Part shown: positions 19,557 to 28,513 of the stretch, one piece after another | Layout of the letters: the number at the start of each line of letters is the position of its first letter | Position numbering within the stretch: position 1 is the stretch's first letter | From: Alphaproteobacteria bacterium | GTDB lineage: Bacteria; Pseudomonadota; Alphaproteobacteria; JAIXQD01 | Direction: 5' to 3' | NCBI GenBank assembly: GCA_965246895.1 | Contig: OZ251993.1 | Coordinates: forward strand, 838,897 to 902,896 | Length of the DNA: 64,000 nucleotides | Made by a program: the position numbers and the translations under genes | Notes under the pieces: generated by a model | Told to the model about the DNA's origin: nothing | Databases searched by the model: none | What the model saw: only the letters and a program-made list of their open reading frames with translations

Positions 19557-19731
19557 TGTCTTTTCTGGGAATAACTGCAAAAACCCTAGTTGACGCTTGG
19601 AAAAATACGGCGTTACAGTTTGCGTGTTGCAGGTTATCCACGCAGCATCGCATGGCCGGAAGGCAGAGGGCGCTGCCGGTAAACTCGATAGAGGCCACTA
19701 AGTTATTAACAACCCAAGAGGGGATTAGCTC

Positions 19732-20004
19732 ATGAACAAGATGGAACTGGTAGCGGCTGTTGCCGACATCTCCAAGCTCTCGAAGACTGATGCAATGCGC
19801 GCTGTCGATGCAGTAATCGCCACAGTCATCAAGTCGATCAAAAAGAAGGAAGAAGTCCGCATTGTCGGGTTTGGCACCTTCAGCCAGAAGGAACGCAAGG
19901 CTGGGATCGGTCGCAACCCACGCACGGGCGAAGAAATCAAAATTGCGAAGAAAAAGCGCGCTGTATTCAAGGCCGGCAAGCAATTCAGCGACTCGATCAA
20001 CTAA
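19732..20004 (+). CDS. hupB: DNA-binding protein HU-beta
   Basis: 90 aa with MNKMELV...GFGTF...RNPRTGEEI HU/IHF signature. Conserved position after lon. Confidence 0.9.
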   Translation: MNKMELVAAVADISKLSKTDAMRAVDAVIATVIKSIKKKEEVRIVGFGTFSQKERKAGIGRNPRTGEEIKIAKKKRAVFKAGKQFSDSIN

Positions 20005-20031
20005 TAGCTGTTGCTTAAACGCTATTATCAG

Positions 20032-20062
20032 ACCCGGTGGCTGCGGCTGCCGGGTTTTTTGT
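20032..20062 (+). terminator. Rho-independent terminator after hupB
   Basis: ACCCGG...CCGGGT stem followed by TTTTTT. Confidence 0.65.
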
Positions 20063-20119
20063 TGGCGAATACACGCGCGATGGCTATAAAAACCGAAACA
20101 AAGCGTAATTATCATAAGG

Positions 20120-20884
20120 ATGCCAATGTTTGAAAAATTATTCAGCAAAGGCAGGTTTCTGGCAGGGACCTCTTTTTCAAAAATATATTTCGTAAAAACG
20201 GCTGATGGTCGTTACCGCCGTTTTTTTCATCGTAAATCGCAGGCCGACAGGGGCGTAATCAGGCAGATTTTTGTAAAAAAAGATTATTCACTTCGCAAAA
20301 TGGCGCGACGCGACGATCTGCTTAAAATCTATAAAGCTATTATAGAGAGTAAACGAACGCCCTTAATTATAGACGCTGGCTCAAATATCGGCGCCAGCGT
20401 TGTGTGGTTCGCCGATCAGTTCGAAGGTAGTCATATTGTTGCCTTTGAGCCTAGTGCAGAAAACGTAAAGTTATTAAAACGAAATACAGCCGATCTAGAT
20501 GTTGATATTCATGCAGCGGCATTGGGATCAACAGATGGTTTTGTCAGCCTTATTGATCCGGGCATGGGCGAATGGGGTTATCAAACGCAAGATAATAGCA
20601 AGGGCGAGTGCAAGCGGGAGTCGTTGTCGCGGCTTATCAAAGAAAAGATGGCTGAACAGTATGTGCCGTTTTTGATCAAAATCGACATCGAGGGCGGAGA
20701 AAGCGATTTGTTTGAAGCGCAGACAGAGTGGGTGGATCTGTTTCCTCTGCTGATCATCGAGCTACACGATTGGATGCTGCCCCGGCAGAAGACGTCCTAT
20801 ACTTTTCTAAAGCGTATCAGCCAATCGAACCGCGACTTCGTCTATAGCGGAGAAAATATATTCTCAGTAAAAAATGATGATTAA
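20120..20884 (+). CDS. FkbM-family SAM-dependent methyltransferase. The probable true start is the third codon Met at 20126.
   Basis: FkbM-like motifs IDAGSNIGAS, AFEPS, and IKIDIEGGE. The gene is AT-rich, and its stop abuts the 3' end of tRNA-Val. Confidence 0.7.
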   Translation: MPMFEKLFSKGRFLAGTSFSKIYFVKTADGRYRRFFHRKSQADRGVIRQIFVKKDYSLRKMARRDDLLKIYKAIIESKRTPLIIDAGSNIGASVVWFADQFEGSHIVAFEPSAENVKLLKRNTADLDVDIHAAALGSTDGFVSLIDPGMGEWGYQTQDNSKGECKRESLSRLIKEKMAEQYVPFLIKIDIEGGESDLFEAQTEWVDLFPLLIIELHDWMLPRQKTSYTFLKRISQSNRDFVYSGENIFSVKNDD

Positions 20885-20885
20885 A

Positions 20886-20960
20886 TGGTGGGCGGTGAGG
20901 GATTCGAACCCCCGACCAACTCGGTGTAAACGAGTTGCGCTACCGCTGCGCTAACCGCCC
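20886..20960 (-). tRNA. tRNA-Val (anticodon TAC) with encoded CCA
   Basis: Reverse complement reads GGGCGGTTAGCGCAGCGGTAGCGCAACTCGTTTACACCGAGTTGGTCGGGGGTTCGAATCCCTCACCGCCCACCA. Anticodon loop is TTTACAC. Confidence 0.9.
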
Positions 20961-21009
20961 ATACCTTGTCTATAATCTATGGATAGACCTATGGCAATCC
21001 CGATCCTAA

Positions 21010-21915
21010 TTAAGCCAGTTCACTATTTTTTGCTTGTTCCAATTGTCGCTGCCGCATGCGGAAGCGGGCTTTGGTCGCTTGATCGGTGTCTGCGTGACAA
21101 GCAGAACAGGAAACGCCAGGCTCGTAATGCTGGCTTTTTCGTGCTTCAGCATCAAGCGGGCGACCGCAGCTAAAGCAAGTACCGTAATCGCCTGGTGTAA
21201 GACCGTGGCCAACTGCAACGCGGCGGTCAAACACATAGCAGTCGCCTTGCCAACGGCTTTGCGTGGCTGGCACCGTTTCGAGATATTTGAGGATGCCGCC
21301 CTTGAGATGATAGACGGTTTCAAACCCCTCGGCGCGCATGAATGCGGAGGCTTTCTCGCACCGAATGCCGCCGGTACAAAACATGGCAACCTTTTTGTGC
21401 TTAGCTGGGTCAAGCGTGCCACGTACATAATCGGCAAAGCCCGTGAATTTATCGATGACTGGATTCAAAGCGCCCTGAAAAGTACCAACATCGACTTCAT
21501 AATCGTTGCGTATATCGAGCAGCACAACGTCTGGGTCAGCTAGCAGCGCATTCCAGTCTTGAGCCTCGATGTAAGTGCCGGCGAGGGTAGAAGGGTTGGC
21601 ATGTGGCTGACCGAAAGTGATGATTTCCCGCTTTAGGCGCAGCTTGAGCCGGTTAAAAGGTTTTGTCGGTGCCTCAGAAAATTTCACGTCTTCGCGCGGC
21701 AGGCCACAATGCGTTGCTAGCAGATCAAGCATAGCGTCGATAGCGCCGGGCGATCCGGCCAACGTGCCGTTAATGCCCTCTGAGGCAATCAGCAAACTGC
21801 CACACAGCTTCAATGCTTCGAACTGCGGCTTCAACGCAGCCTTTAGCTTAGCGGGGTCAGCAATCGGCGTGAAGCGATACAGTGCGGCAACGCGATAAGG
21901 TGAGAGTTCAGACAT
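21010..21915 (-). CDS. trhO: Rhodanese-domain tRNA uridine(34) hydroxylase TrhO (YceA/UPF0176 family)
   Basis: 301 aa with rhodanese active-site loop CTGGIRCEKA and a C-terminal Cys-rich segment. Confidence 0.75.
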   Translation of the reverse strand: MSELSPYRVAALYRFTPIADPAKLKAALKPQFEALKLCGSLLIASEGINGTLAGSPGAIDAMLDLLATHCGLPREDVKFSEAPTKPFNRLKLRLKREIITFGQPHANPSTLAGTYIEAQDWNALLADPDVVLLDIRNDYEVDVGTFQGALNPVIDKFTGFADYVRGTLDPAKHKKVAMFCTGGIRCEKASAFMRAEGFETVYHLKGGILKYLETVPATQSRWQGDCYVFDRRVAVGHGLTPGDYGTCFSCGRPLDAEARKSQHYEPGVSCSACHADTDQATKARFRMRQRQLEQAKNSELA

Positions 21916-22015
21916 GGGCGTAGTTTAGGGGAATGCGATTTTACTTTCCAGACAATACAGATGTAGGCAGGAAAACAGGCCTTCATAAAGCGCCGGGCGG
22001 CAAGCTGGTGAGATT

Positions 22016-23683
22016 ATGGAGATTGATCCACCACTTCCGTCCGACTTTAACCCTGAAAAGGTGGCGCGGTTCCGTGCGCTTTTTTTCGAAGAATCCGCTG
22101 AATTACTGCAGGAGGCTGAGCTATGCCTGCAGAATAGCGAGATTACGGGCGATGACGAGACGGTAGGCACGCTATTCCGTAGCATCCATTCGATCAAAAG
22201 CGGGGCGGCTGCTTTAGGCATGCACAGGGTTGTTGCCTATGCACATGTGTTTGAAGCGACTTTGGAAGAATTACGGCGTGGCAGCTATGCGCTCGATAAC
22301 CTGCGCCGGCATCTGTTCTTGCGCGGTTATGACATGATGGCAACTTTATTGGGCGCTGAATCTGCCAAACAAAGTTTGCCCGAAAATCTTGAAGCCGAGC
22401 TGACCAAAGCATTTGAGGTGTTAAGCGGGGCCGCCTCAGCCGTGCGATCGGATATGGCGCAGCGGGCACCGAACCATATGATAATGCCGCCTGTACAAAG
22501 CCAAACTCCGGTAATTCGGATCGAGATTGCGAAGATCGACCGCTTAGTCAATCTTGCGAGTGAGCTGACGATTCTTGAAGGCATGTTGCGGCAGCGAGCA
22601 GAAACTGTGCTGGCAACGGTTGGCAAAGTCGCTAGTGAAAATAATGGTTTGTTACACGGGCTTGACCAATTAGCGTTGCAACTCCGTGATTTACATGATG
22701 CTGCGATGGGCGCACGAGCACAGCCACTTGATAATGTATTTCAGCGGTTGCCTAGACTGGTACGAGAATTAGCCGAAAGCCTTGATAAGCGCGTGACACT
22801 AACCGTTTCCGGCGGGGAGGTTGAGGTCGATAAAACAATAATCGAGCAATTGATGGAGCCACTAACCCATATTCTACGGAATGCCATAGATCATGGAATT
22901 GAAACAGTGGGGCTCAGACAAAACGCAGGAAAGCCAACGGCAGGAACTATAAATTTACACGCACGCTGCATAGATAATCGGCTGCTGATTACCATTGTTG
23001 ACGATGGAAAAGGCTTAGATATGGCTGCGCTTCGCACTAAAGCTGCAGCGCTGGAATATCATGCAGAGACTGAAGCGGAACTGGCTGATCTAATCTTCCG
23101 ACCCGGGCTTTCAACCGCCGATACTGTTTCGGAAATTTCCGGCCGTGGGGTGGGTTTAGATGCTGTACGGCATAACCTGACCGGACTGGGCGGCAGCATT
23201 ACGGTAAGTTCAACCGTTGGGCAAGGAACGTGCTTTCATATTTCGTTACCGCTAACGCTAGCTGTGATGGATGGCATGGTCATCAGCATTGGCGGCGAGC
23301 TTTACGTATTGCCGCTAACAGATGTGCAGGAAGCATTGCGTGTTTCTCCCGCCGCGTTAATCAAGCGGGGAGAATTACCGCCGTTATTGCGTCACCATGA
23401 CCGTTATATCCCGTTGGTAGACGCCAGTATTTTACTTGATTGCGGTAAGTCTCCCCCAATAGCCAATGATCTGTTGATTGCCATAATCGGCACCGGTATC
23501 GCCAGTGCCGCACTTTGCATTGATCATATAGTGGGGCAACAGCAAATTGTTGTTCGCCCCGTGACGATGAGTGATGCGGAAACGCGCATCAGCGCGACGA
23601 TTTTAGGCGATGGGCGCGTGGCGTTAATCTTAACTGTAGCGCAGGTCATGGCAGCCCTACAGAAGCCGCGGATCGCAGCATGA
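22016..23683 (+). CDS. cheA: Chemotaxis histidine kinase CheA (short form; P1-P3-P4-P5, no P2 domain evident)
   Basis: HPt site ...SIHSIKSGAAALG, and HATPase boxes DDGKGLD and GRGVGLDAV. The C-terminus is CheW-like. Confidence 0.85.
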   Translation: MEIDPPLPSDFNPEKVARFRALFFEESAELLQEAELCLQNSEITGDDETVGTLFRSIHSIKSGAAALGMHRVVAYAHVFEATLEELRRGSYALDNLRRHLFLRGYDMMATLLGAESAKQSLPENLEAELTKAFEVLSGAASAVRSDMAQRAPNHMIMPPVQSQTPVIRIEIAKIDRLVNLASELTILEGMLRQRAETVLATVGKVASENNGLLHGLDQLALQLRDLHDAAMGARAQPLDNVFQRLPRLVRELAESLDKRVTLTVSGGEVEVDKTIIEQLMEPLTHILRNAIDHGIETVGLRQNAGKPTAGTINLHARCIDNRLLITIVDDGKGLDMAALRTKAAALEYHAETEAELADLIFRPGLSTADTVSEISGRGVGLDAVRHNLTGLGGSITVSSTVGQGTCFHISLPLTLAVMDGMVISIGGELYVLPLTDVQEALRVSPAALIKRGELPPLLRHHDRYIPLVDASILLDCGKSPPIANDLLIAIIGTGIASAALCIDHIVGQQQIVVRPVTMSDAETRISATILGDGRVALILTVAQVMAALQKPRIAA

Positions 23684-24180
23684 CAGACTCGGCCATGTGT
23701 CAGTTGCTGCTCATCGCTAATGATGCTGAATTATACGGGATCGAAGTGCCCCGGGTGCAAGAAATTCGTGCCTACCAATCCTTAACCCGGCTACCGCATG
23801 CGCCCGAGTATGTCCTTGGGGTTTTAAACGTTAGTGGCCAAATCTTGCCAGTCATCGATTTGCGATACCGACTCTGGGGTAGGCCCACTGTTGTTAGTGC
23901 CTGGCATGTAATCATTCTCGTTAAAAGCAGTGACATGCAGTGTGGAATTCTTGTCGATAATGCTAACGAAATTGTTGCTTTTATTAAGGCTGATATCGAA
24001 CCCATGCCGCTGCAAGCAAACAACGGTTGTTTGGCAGGGATCGTATATTTTGATGGATTAAATGGCGGCACTGCCGAGCCGCGGCCAATAGCGGTTCTAG
24101 ATATCGAAGCGATTGCCCATTTTAATTTGGGGTCGCCTGGCTTTGCGCCAGTCGAGCAAAAGGAGATAAGCTATGTTTAA
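23680..24180 (+). CDS. cheW: Chemotaxis coupling protein CheW
   Basis: 166 aa. CheW-domain consensus (LxFxLxxExYGIxVxxVxEI). Overlaps the cheA stop by 4 nt. Confidence 0.85.
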   Translation: MTDSAMCQLLLIANDAELYGIEVPRVQEIRAYQSLTRLPHAPEYVLGVLNVSGQILPVIDLRYRLWGRPTVVSAWHVIILVKSSDMQCGILVDNANEIVAFIKADIEPMPLQANNGCLAGIVYFDGLNGGTAEPRPIAVLDIEAIAHFNLGSPGFAPVEQKEISYV

Positions 24181-26500
24181 GCCCATCGAAATGTTGAAGG
24201 GCGGGCTCAAAATAGGCGCACGTCTGCGCCTTTATTTTGGCGGGTTCGTATTGGTTATTTTTTGTACGAATTTGTACATTTTCTTGACAGCACAAAACGT
24301 GGGTGCACTCGCGGGGTCGCTAACCGCTTATCGGATGGCTTCAATCGATAGCATCGGGGATTTGCGCAGTGCTAGCAGCATTATGCATAATCAATTGCTG
24401 GCATACCGCCTAGACCGGCAAGTATCGCGCGTTGAAACTTATCAGAAAGCAAAGGCGGCTGTGATCGAAAGCAGCGGGCAGCTTGACCGACTTAGCGCCT
24501 ACTGGAAACTTGATCAACAAGCTATCTGGTCAGACGCAAGCGCCGATGTGAAAGGCTTACTAAACGCAGGGCAGCGCTTGTTCGACGCAACGAGTAGTTT
24601 AGATGATGATCAATGGAAGCGGCAGTACAATGAAGATTTCTTGCCCCATCTATTCCAGCTAATTAATAAGATCGCCGGCGAGAAGCGGGAAATTATAAAC
24701 GAAGATGGTATTAGCGGATTTTTACAAAAAGATGTCCATGACGAAGCATTCGCAATCCATTCTGATATCGAAGACTTGCGGCAGGTCATCGCCGGGCTGC
24801 TAATTTTTAGCGTGTTATACGCATTAGGTGCCGCCACAAAGATTGGTCGTTCATTTGTACAGCCTTTGCGGCGAATGCAACAAGCCATGGTGGAAATTGC
24901 GCATGGCGATAGCGACGTGCAAATAACTGATCAAGGTCGCACAGACGAATTGGGAGATATGGCGCGTGCGTTAAGCGCAATCAGGGACGTTGGCATAGAA
25001 TCAGAGCGCATGCGACGCGCGCTCGATAGCTGTAGCGCGACGATCATGGTTGTCGATTTAAACAACAAAATAACATTCATAAATCAGGCCATGCTCTCGC
25101 TAATCGATAAGCATACTGACGAATTGTGGTGCGGTCGATTGGCTCAACGCCCTACTGAACTGTTGGGTCAACCTATCGACTCACTCTGTACTGAAATAAT
25201 GATGCAGCTTCGCATTCATGCCGGAGCGACAACCCTGCAGCGTGTGCGTTGCCAAACTGGGCTGCGCCTATTCGACTGCGTTTTGGCGCCGACTGTTGAT
25301 CGTAATAACAATCGCGTTTCAACTGTGATTGAATGGATTGACGTCACCTATCAATTGCAGGCCGAGCATGAGATTGCAGCGATCGTTACCGCAGCGGCGC
25401 AAGGCGATCTTTCGGCCCGATTAACGCTCGAGCAGAGGGAAGGCCTGATGTTGACCCTGGGTATAGGCATCAATCGATTACTGTCAATTGCCGCAACATT
25501 CATCGATGAATTGGGAGGTTTCTTTGCCGCTGTTGCCGCTGGTGATTTAACGGCACGCGTGACGGGCACTTATGAAGGGCGATTTGGGCGACTATCTGAT
25601 GATGCGAACAGATCTGCAGCACAGCTAGATAGCGTCATCGGGCGGATTATTGCAACGGCGCAGCAGGTCGCAGCCGCAAGCCGCGAGATTGCTGCGGGTT
25701 CGGGAGATTTATCGCACCGAACAGAGCAGCAAGCAGCCAGCTTAGAAGAAGCCGCAGCTTCTATGGAAGAGATGGCAGCAACCGTTCGACACAACTCGGA
25801 TAATGCGCAGTTGGCAAATACGATTGCCCAAAAAACGCGGCAAGCAGCAGAGCGCGGCAGCTTAGTTGCCGTGGAAGCCGTAACAGCGATGGAACAAATT
25901 GAAATTTCGGCGCGGCAAATTATAGATATCATCAGCGTCATGGATGAAATCACTTTTCAAACCAATCTGCTGGCGCTAAATGCAGCAGTGGAAGCGGCGC
26001 GGGCAGGCGAAGTAGGACGTGGATTTGCCGTTGTGGCAACCGAAGTGCGGGCGCTATCGCTACGGTCGGCGGCGGCGGCCAAAGATATCAAGAGTTTGAT
26101 TAGGGAAAGTCATGCTCAGATTAGTACTGGTGTTGAATCCGTCAATCGCGCGGGCGCAGTTTTAAGCGAGATTGTCGCCTTAAGCACGGAAGTTGCAGGT
26201 TTGATTGCAGAAATTGCCTCAGCCAGCGGCGAGCAGGCAACCGGCCTTGATCTAATTAATCACTCAGTCGCGCGAATAGATGACATGACACAAGGTAATT
26301 CAGCATTAGTTGAAGAAAGCGCGACGTCTGCACAAGCGCTTGATGAACAATCTGTGCAAATGCTGGAGATGACAGGATTTTTCCATTTTAGCGATGTCGC
26401 CCAACCTTCGCCTACAAAACCGCGTTTGATGCCGGTTCCAAAGCCTGTTGAAGCCGTTGCCGATTATGCAAGTTTGACAGATGATCACTGGACGTTCTGA
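24173..26500 (+). CDS. Methyl-accepting chemotaxis protein with periplasmic helical sensor, HAMP and PAS domains
   Basis: 775 aa with two transmembrane segments and a PAS-like block. Signalling domain has ...EQQAASLEEAAASMEEMAATV... and LLALNAAVEAARAGEVGRGFAVVATEVRALS. Confidence 0.9.
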   Translation: MFKPIEMLKGGLKIGARLRLYFGGFVLVIFCTNLYIFLTAQNVGALAGSLTAYRMASIDSIGDLRSASSIMHNQLLAYRLDRQVSRVETYQKAKAAVIESSGQLDRLSAYWKLDQQAIWSDASADVKGLLNAGQRLFDATSSLDDDQWKRQYNEDFLPHLFQLINKIAGEKREIINEDGISGFLQKDVHDEAFAIHSDIEDLRQVIAGLLIFSVLYALGAATKIGRSFVQPLRRMQQAMVEIAHGDSDVQITDQGRTDELGDMARALSAIRDVGIESERMRRALDSCSATIMVVDLNNKITFINQAMLSLIDKHTDELWCGRLAQRPTELLGQPIDSLCTEIMMQLRIHAGATTLQRVRCQTGLRLFDCVLAPTVDRNNNRVSTVIEWIDVTYQLQAEHEIAAIVTAAAQGDLSARLTLEQREGLMLTLGIGINRLLSIAATFIDELGGFFAAVAAGDLTARVTGTYEGRFGRLSDDANRSAAQLDSVIGRIIATAQQVAAASREIAAGSGDLSHRTEQQAASLEEAAASMEEMAATVRHNSDNAQLANTIAQKTRQAAERGSLVAVEAVTAMEQIEISARQIIDIISVMDEITFQTNLLALNAAVEAARAGEVGRGFAVVATEVRALSLRSAAAAKDIKSLIRESHAQISTGVESVNRAGAVLSEIVALSTEVAGLIAEIASASGEQATGLDLINHSVARIDDMTQGNSALVEESATSAQALDEQSVQMLEMTGFFHFSDVAQPSPTKPRLMPVPKPVEAVADYASLTDDHWTF

Positions 26501-27308
26501 GCGCATAAAGCGGGAGTTTAGTTTTACCCAATCTGATTTTTTAGCGTTGAGTGCCATTGCCACGGCAATCACCGGCATCCATCTGCCAACTTTTAAAAGC
26601 GACATGATTTATGGCCGGCTGGCGCACCGATTGCGCGCTTTGCATTTGCCGAATTTCACAGTCTATCGCGATTACATCGCGCAGCCGGAAAATGCTGGCG
26701 AGTTGGTTGAATTGGTGAATGCCTTGACGACGCCTGTATCGCATTTTTGGCGAGAGCCACACCATTTTGAGCACTTGGCTGCCGTGACATTGCCTTGGAT
26801 TGTTGCTGAAGGGCGGCAACCGCGGCTGTGGTCGGCCGGGTGCGCTGCCGGACAGGAAGCCTATATGCTGGCCATGGTTTTAGAACGTGCCAATCTAGCA
26901 GGGCGCATTCTTGCAACCGACGTCAATACTAACGCGTTGAGGATTGCCAAGGCGGGACAATACGATGCCCAAGAGCTAGCACGGCTGCCCCTCAGCTGGC
27001 GTAAGGAGCATTGGCAGCAGAGCGGTAGGCCAGGACGTTGGCAAGCAAACCCAGCCTTACAGGAAAAAATATCATTCAGGCCGCTTAACCTGCAAGCTGC
27101 CTGGCCGCTGCAGCAGCGGTTTGACGCTATTTTCTGCCGTAATGTAATGATCTATTTCGACACACCTACAAAACAGCAGTTGCTGAAGCGGTTCGCCGCA
27201 CTGCTTAATCCCGGAGGTTGGCTCTATATTGGGCATGCCGAAAATATCTTGCCGCTTAATACTTGTTTCAAATCAGTAGGGCGCACAATTTATCGGCTCG
27301 ATAATTAA
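26481..27308 (+). CDS. cheR: Chemotaxis protein methyltransferase CheR
   Basis: WSAGCAAGQEAYMLAMVL SAM-binding motif, with CheR N-terminal helical domain. Confidence 0.85.
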   Translation: MITGRSERIKREFSFTQSDFLALSAIATAITGIHLPTFKSDMIYGRLAHRLRALHLPNFTVYRDYIAQPENAGELVELVNALTTPVSHFWREPHHFEHLAAVTLPWIVAEGRQPRLWSAGCAAGQEAYMLAMVLERANLAGRILATDVNTNALRIAKAGQYDAQELARLPLSWRKEHWQQSGRPGRWQANPALQEKISFRPLNLQAAWPLQQRFDAIFCRNVMIYFDTPTKQQLLKRFAALLNPGGWLYIGHAENILPLNTCFKSVGRTIYRLDN

Positions 27309-27352
27309 ATGCGATAGTTGATTTATATGGCTTTTTAAGCTCAAATCGGGGC

Positions 27353-28474
27353 ATGGAAGCCCAACGTCATAGACAGCAATCGGATGACCGCGTCCACGCG
27401 AGCGCCAAGCAAGCGTGGGAGCGTCTGCAGGAATTGAAGCTGGCGGCGACGCCGGAAAATTATGTACTATTTTTCGCTTATTATAACGGGCATGAAAAGG
27501 CGCTGATTAACGGAATTGATGCGGTTTTAGCCAATCCACAAAATAATACTGAGCTAAAATTAGAAAATGCGCTGTTGGATGTTTATGACCGCTTTGTAAA
27601 TACCGCGACTCAGCAGGCTTTTCTGAGTACTGCGACGAGCCAGTTCGACGATGAAATGAAGCAGATCATGGGTGTAATTGAAGCTGCCCGTAAGGGCGCA
27701 GATGATTACAGCACCGCCCTTGATACCTTTAACGAGAAACTAGAGCCTGAAATTTCGGTTGAGCAAATCCGCTATATGGTGACGCAAATGGCGCTAGAGA
27801 CGCGCACTGTTGCCGAACAGAATGAAAAGCTGCATGAACAACTGCATAGCTCAAGCAGTCAAATCAATAGTTTGAGAGAAAATCTTGAGGAAATACGCAA
27901 GGAATCGCTGCGCGATCCTTTAACAGGTATTGGCAATCGCAAAGCATTCGTGGCCGATTTATTGCGCATCACAACAGAGACGATGGAGCATGGCGATGTG
28001 CTATCGCTGCTCATGATTGATGTCGACCATTTTAAGAAGTTTAACGACCTGCATGGGCATCTTGTTGGTGATCAGGTGTTAAAGCTGGTTGCGCATACGC
28101 TGCGGGAAAATATCAAGGGTCGGGATACGGCTACGCGCTGGGGCGGGGAAGAATTCGCGATCTTGTTACCGCAAACCAAGCTGGATGATGCGGTGCGTGT
28201 GGGCGATCACCTGCGGAAGCTGGTGGCTTCTAAAAAGATCATTCGCAAACCGCAAAACGAGGATTTGGGCGCGATCACGCTATCAATGGGTGCCACGCAA
28301 TATGTTTACGGCGAGGATACAGCTTTGATGGTCGAACGTGCCGATCAGGCGCTTTATCGTGCTAAACAAGAGGGGCGCAATCGAGTTGTCGCTGCGACGC
28401 AGCCTATGGCGGCACCAGGCACATCTCACCCAGAACCGACACCGGAAGTCGCTTCGATTACAATCGCCGACTAA
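27353..28474 (+). CDS. GGDEF-domain diguanylate cyclase with N-terminal coiled-coil region (no REC domain)
   Basis: Active-site RWGGEEF and DHFKKFNDLHGH. The N-terminal ~200 aa are helical/coiled-coil with no D-D-K receiver pattern. Confidence 0.85.
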   Translation: MEAQRHRQQSDDRVHASAKQAWERLQELKLAATPENYVLFFAYYNGHEKALINGIDAVLANPQNNTELKLENALLDVYDRFVNTATQQAFLSTATSQFDDEMKQIMGVIEAARKGADDYSTALDTFNEKLEPEISVEQIRYMVTQMALETRTVAEQNEKLHEQLHSSSSQINSLRENLEEIRKESLRDPLTGIGNRKAFVADLLRITTETMEHGDVLSLLMIDVDHFKKFNDLHGHLVGDQVLKLVAHTLRENIKGRDTATRWGGEEFAILLPQTKLDDAVRVGDHLRKLVASKKIIRKPQNEDLGAITLSMGATQYVYGEDTALMVERADQALYRAKQEGRNRVVAATQPMAAPGTSHPEPTPEVASITIAD

Positions 28475-28513
28475 GTCATTCTTGGTGCTTTTTGCTGCCT
28501 TTTATAGTCCGCT

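Noticed and set aside
19640-19690. SRP (4.5S) RNA-like GGCCGGAAGGCAG motif
   Set aside because: It only superficially resembles the SRP RNA conserved domain. The rest of the conserved sequence is absent, and it sits in the hupB 5' leader.
19465-20148. 227-aa minus-strand ORF covering hupB and its flanks
   Set aside because: It is antisense to the clearly conserved HU gene and spans two terminators. This is an artefact.
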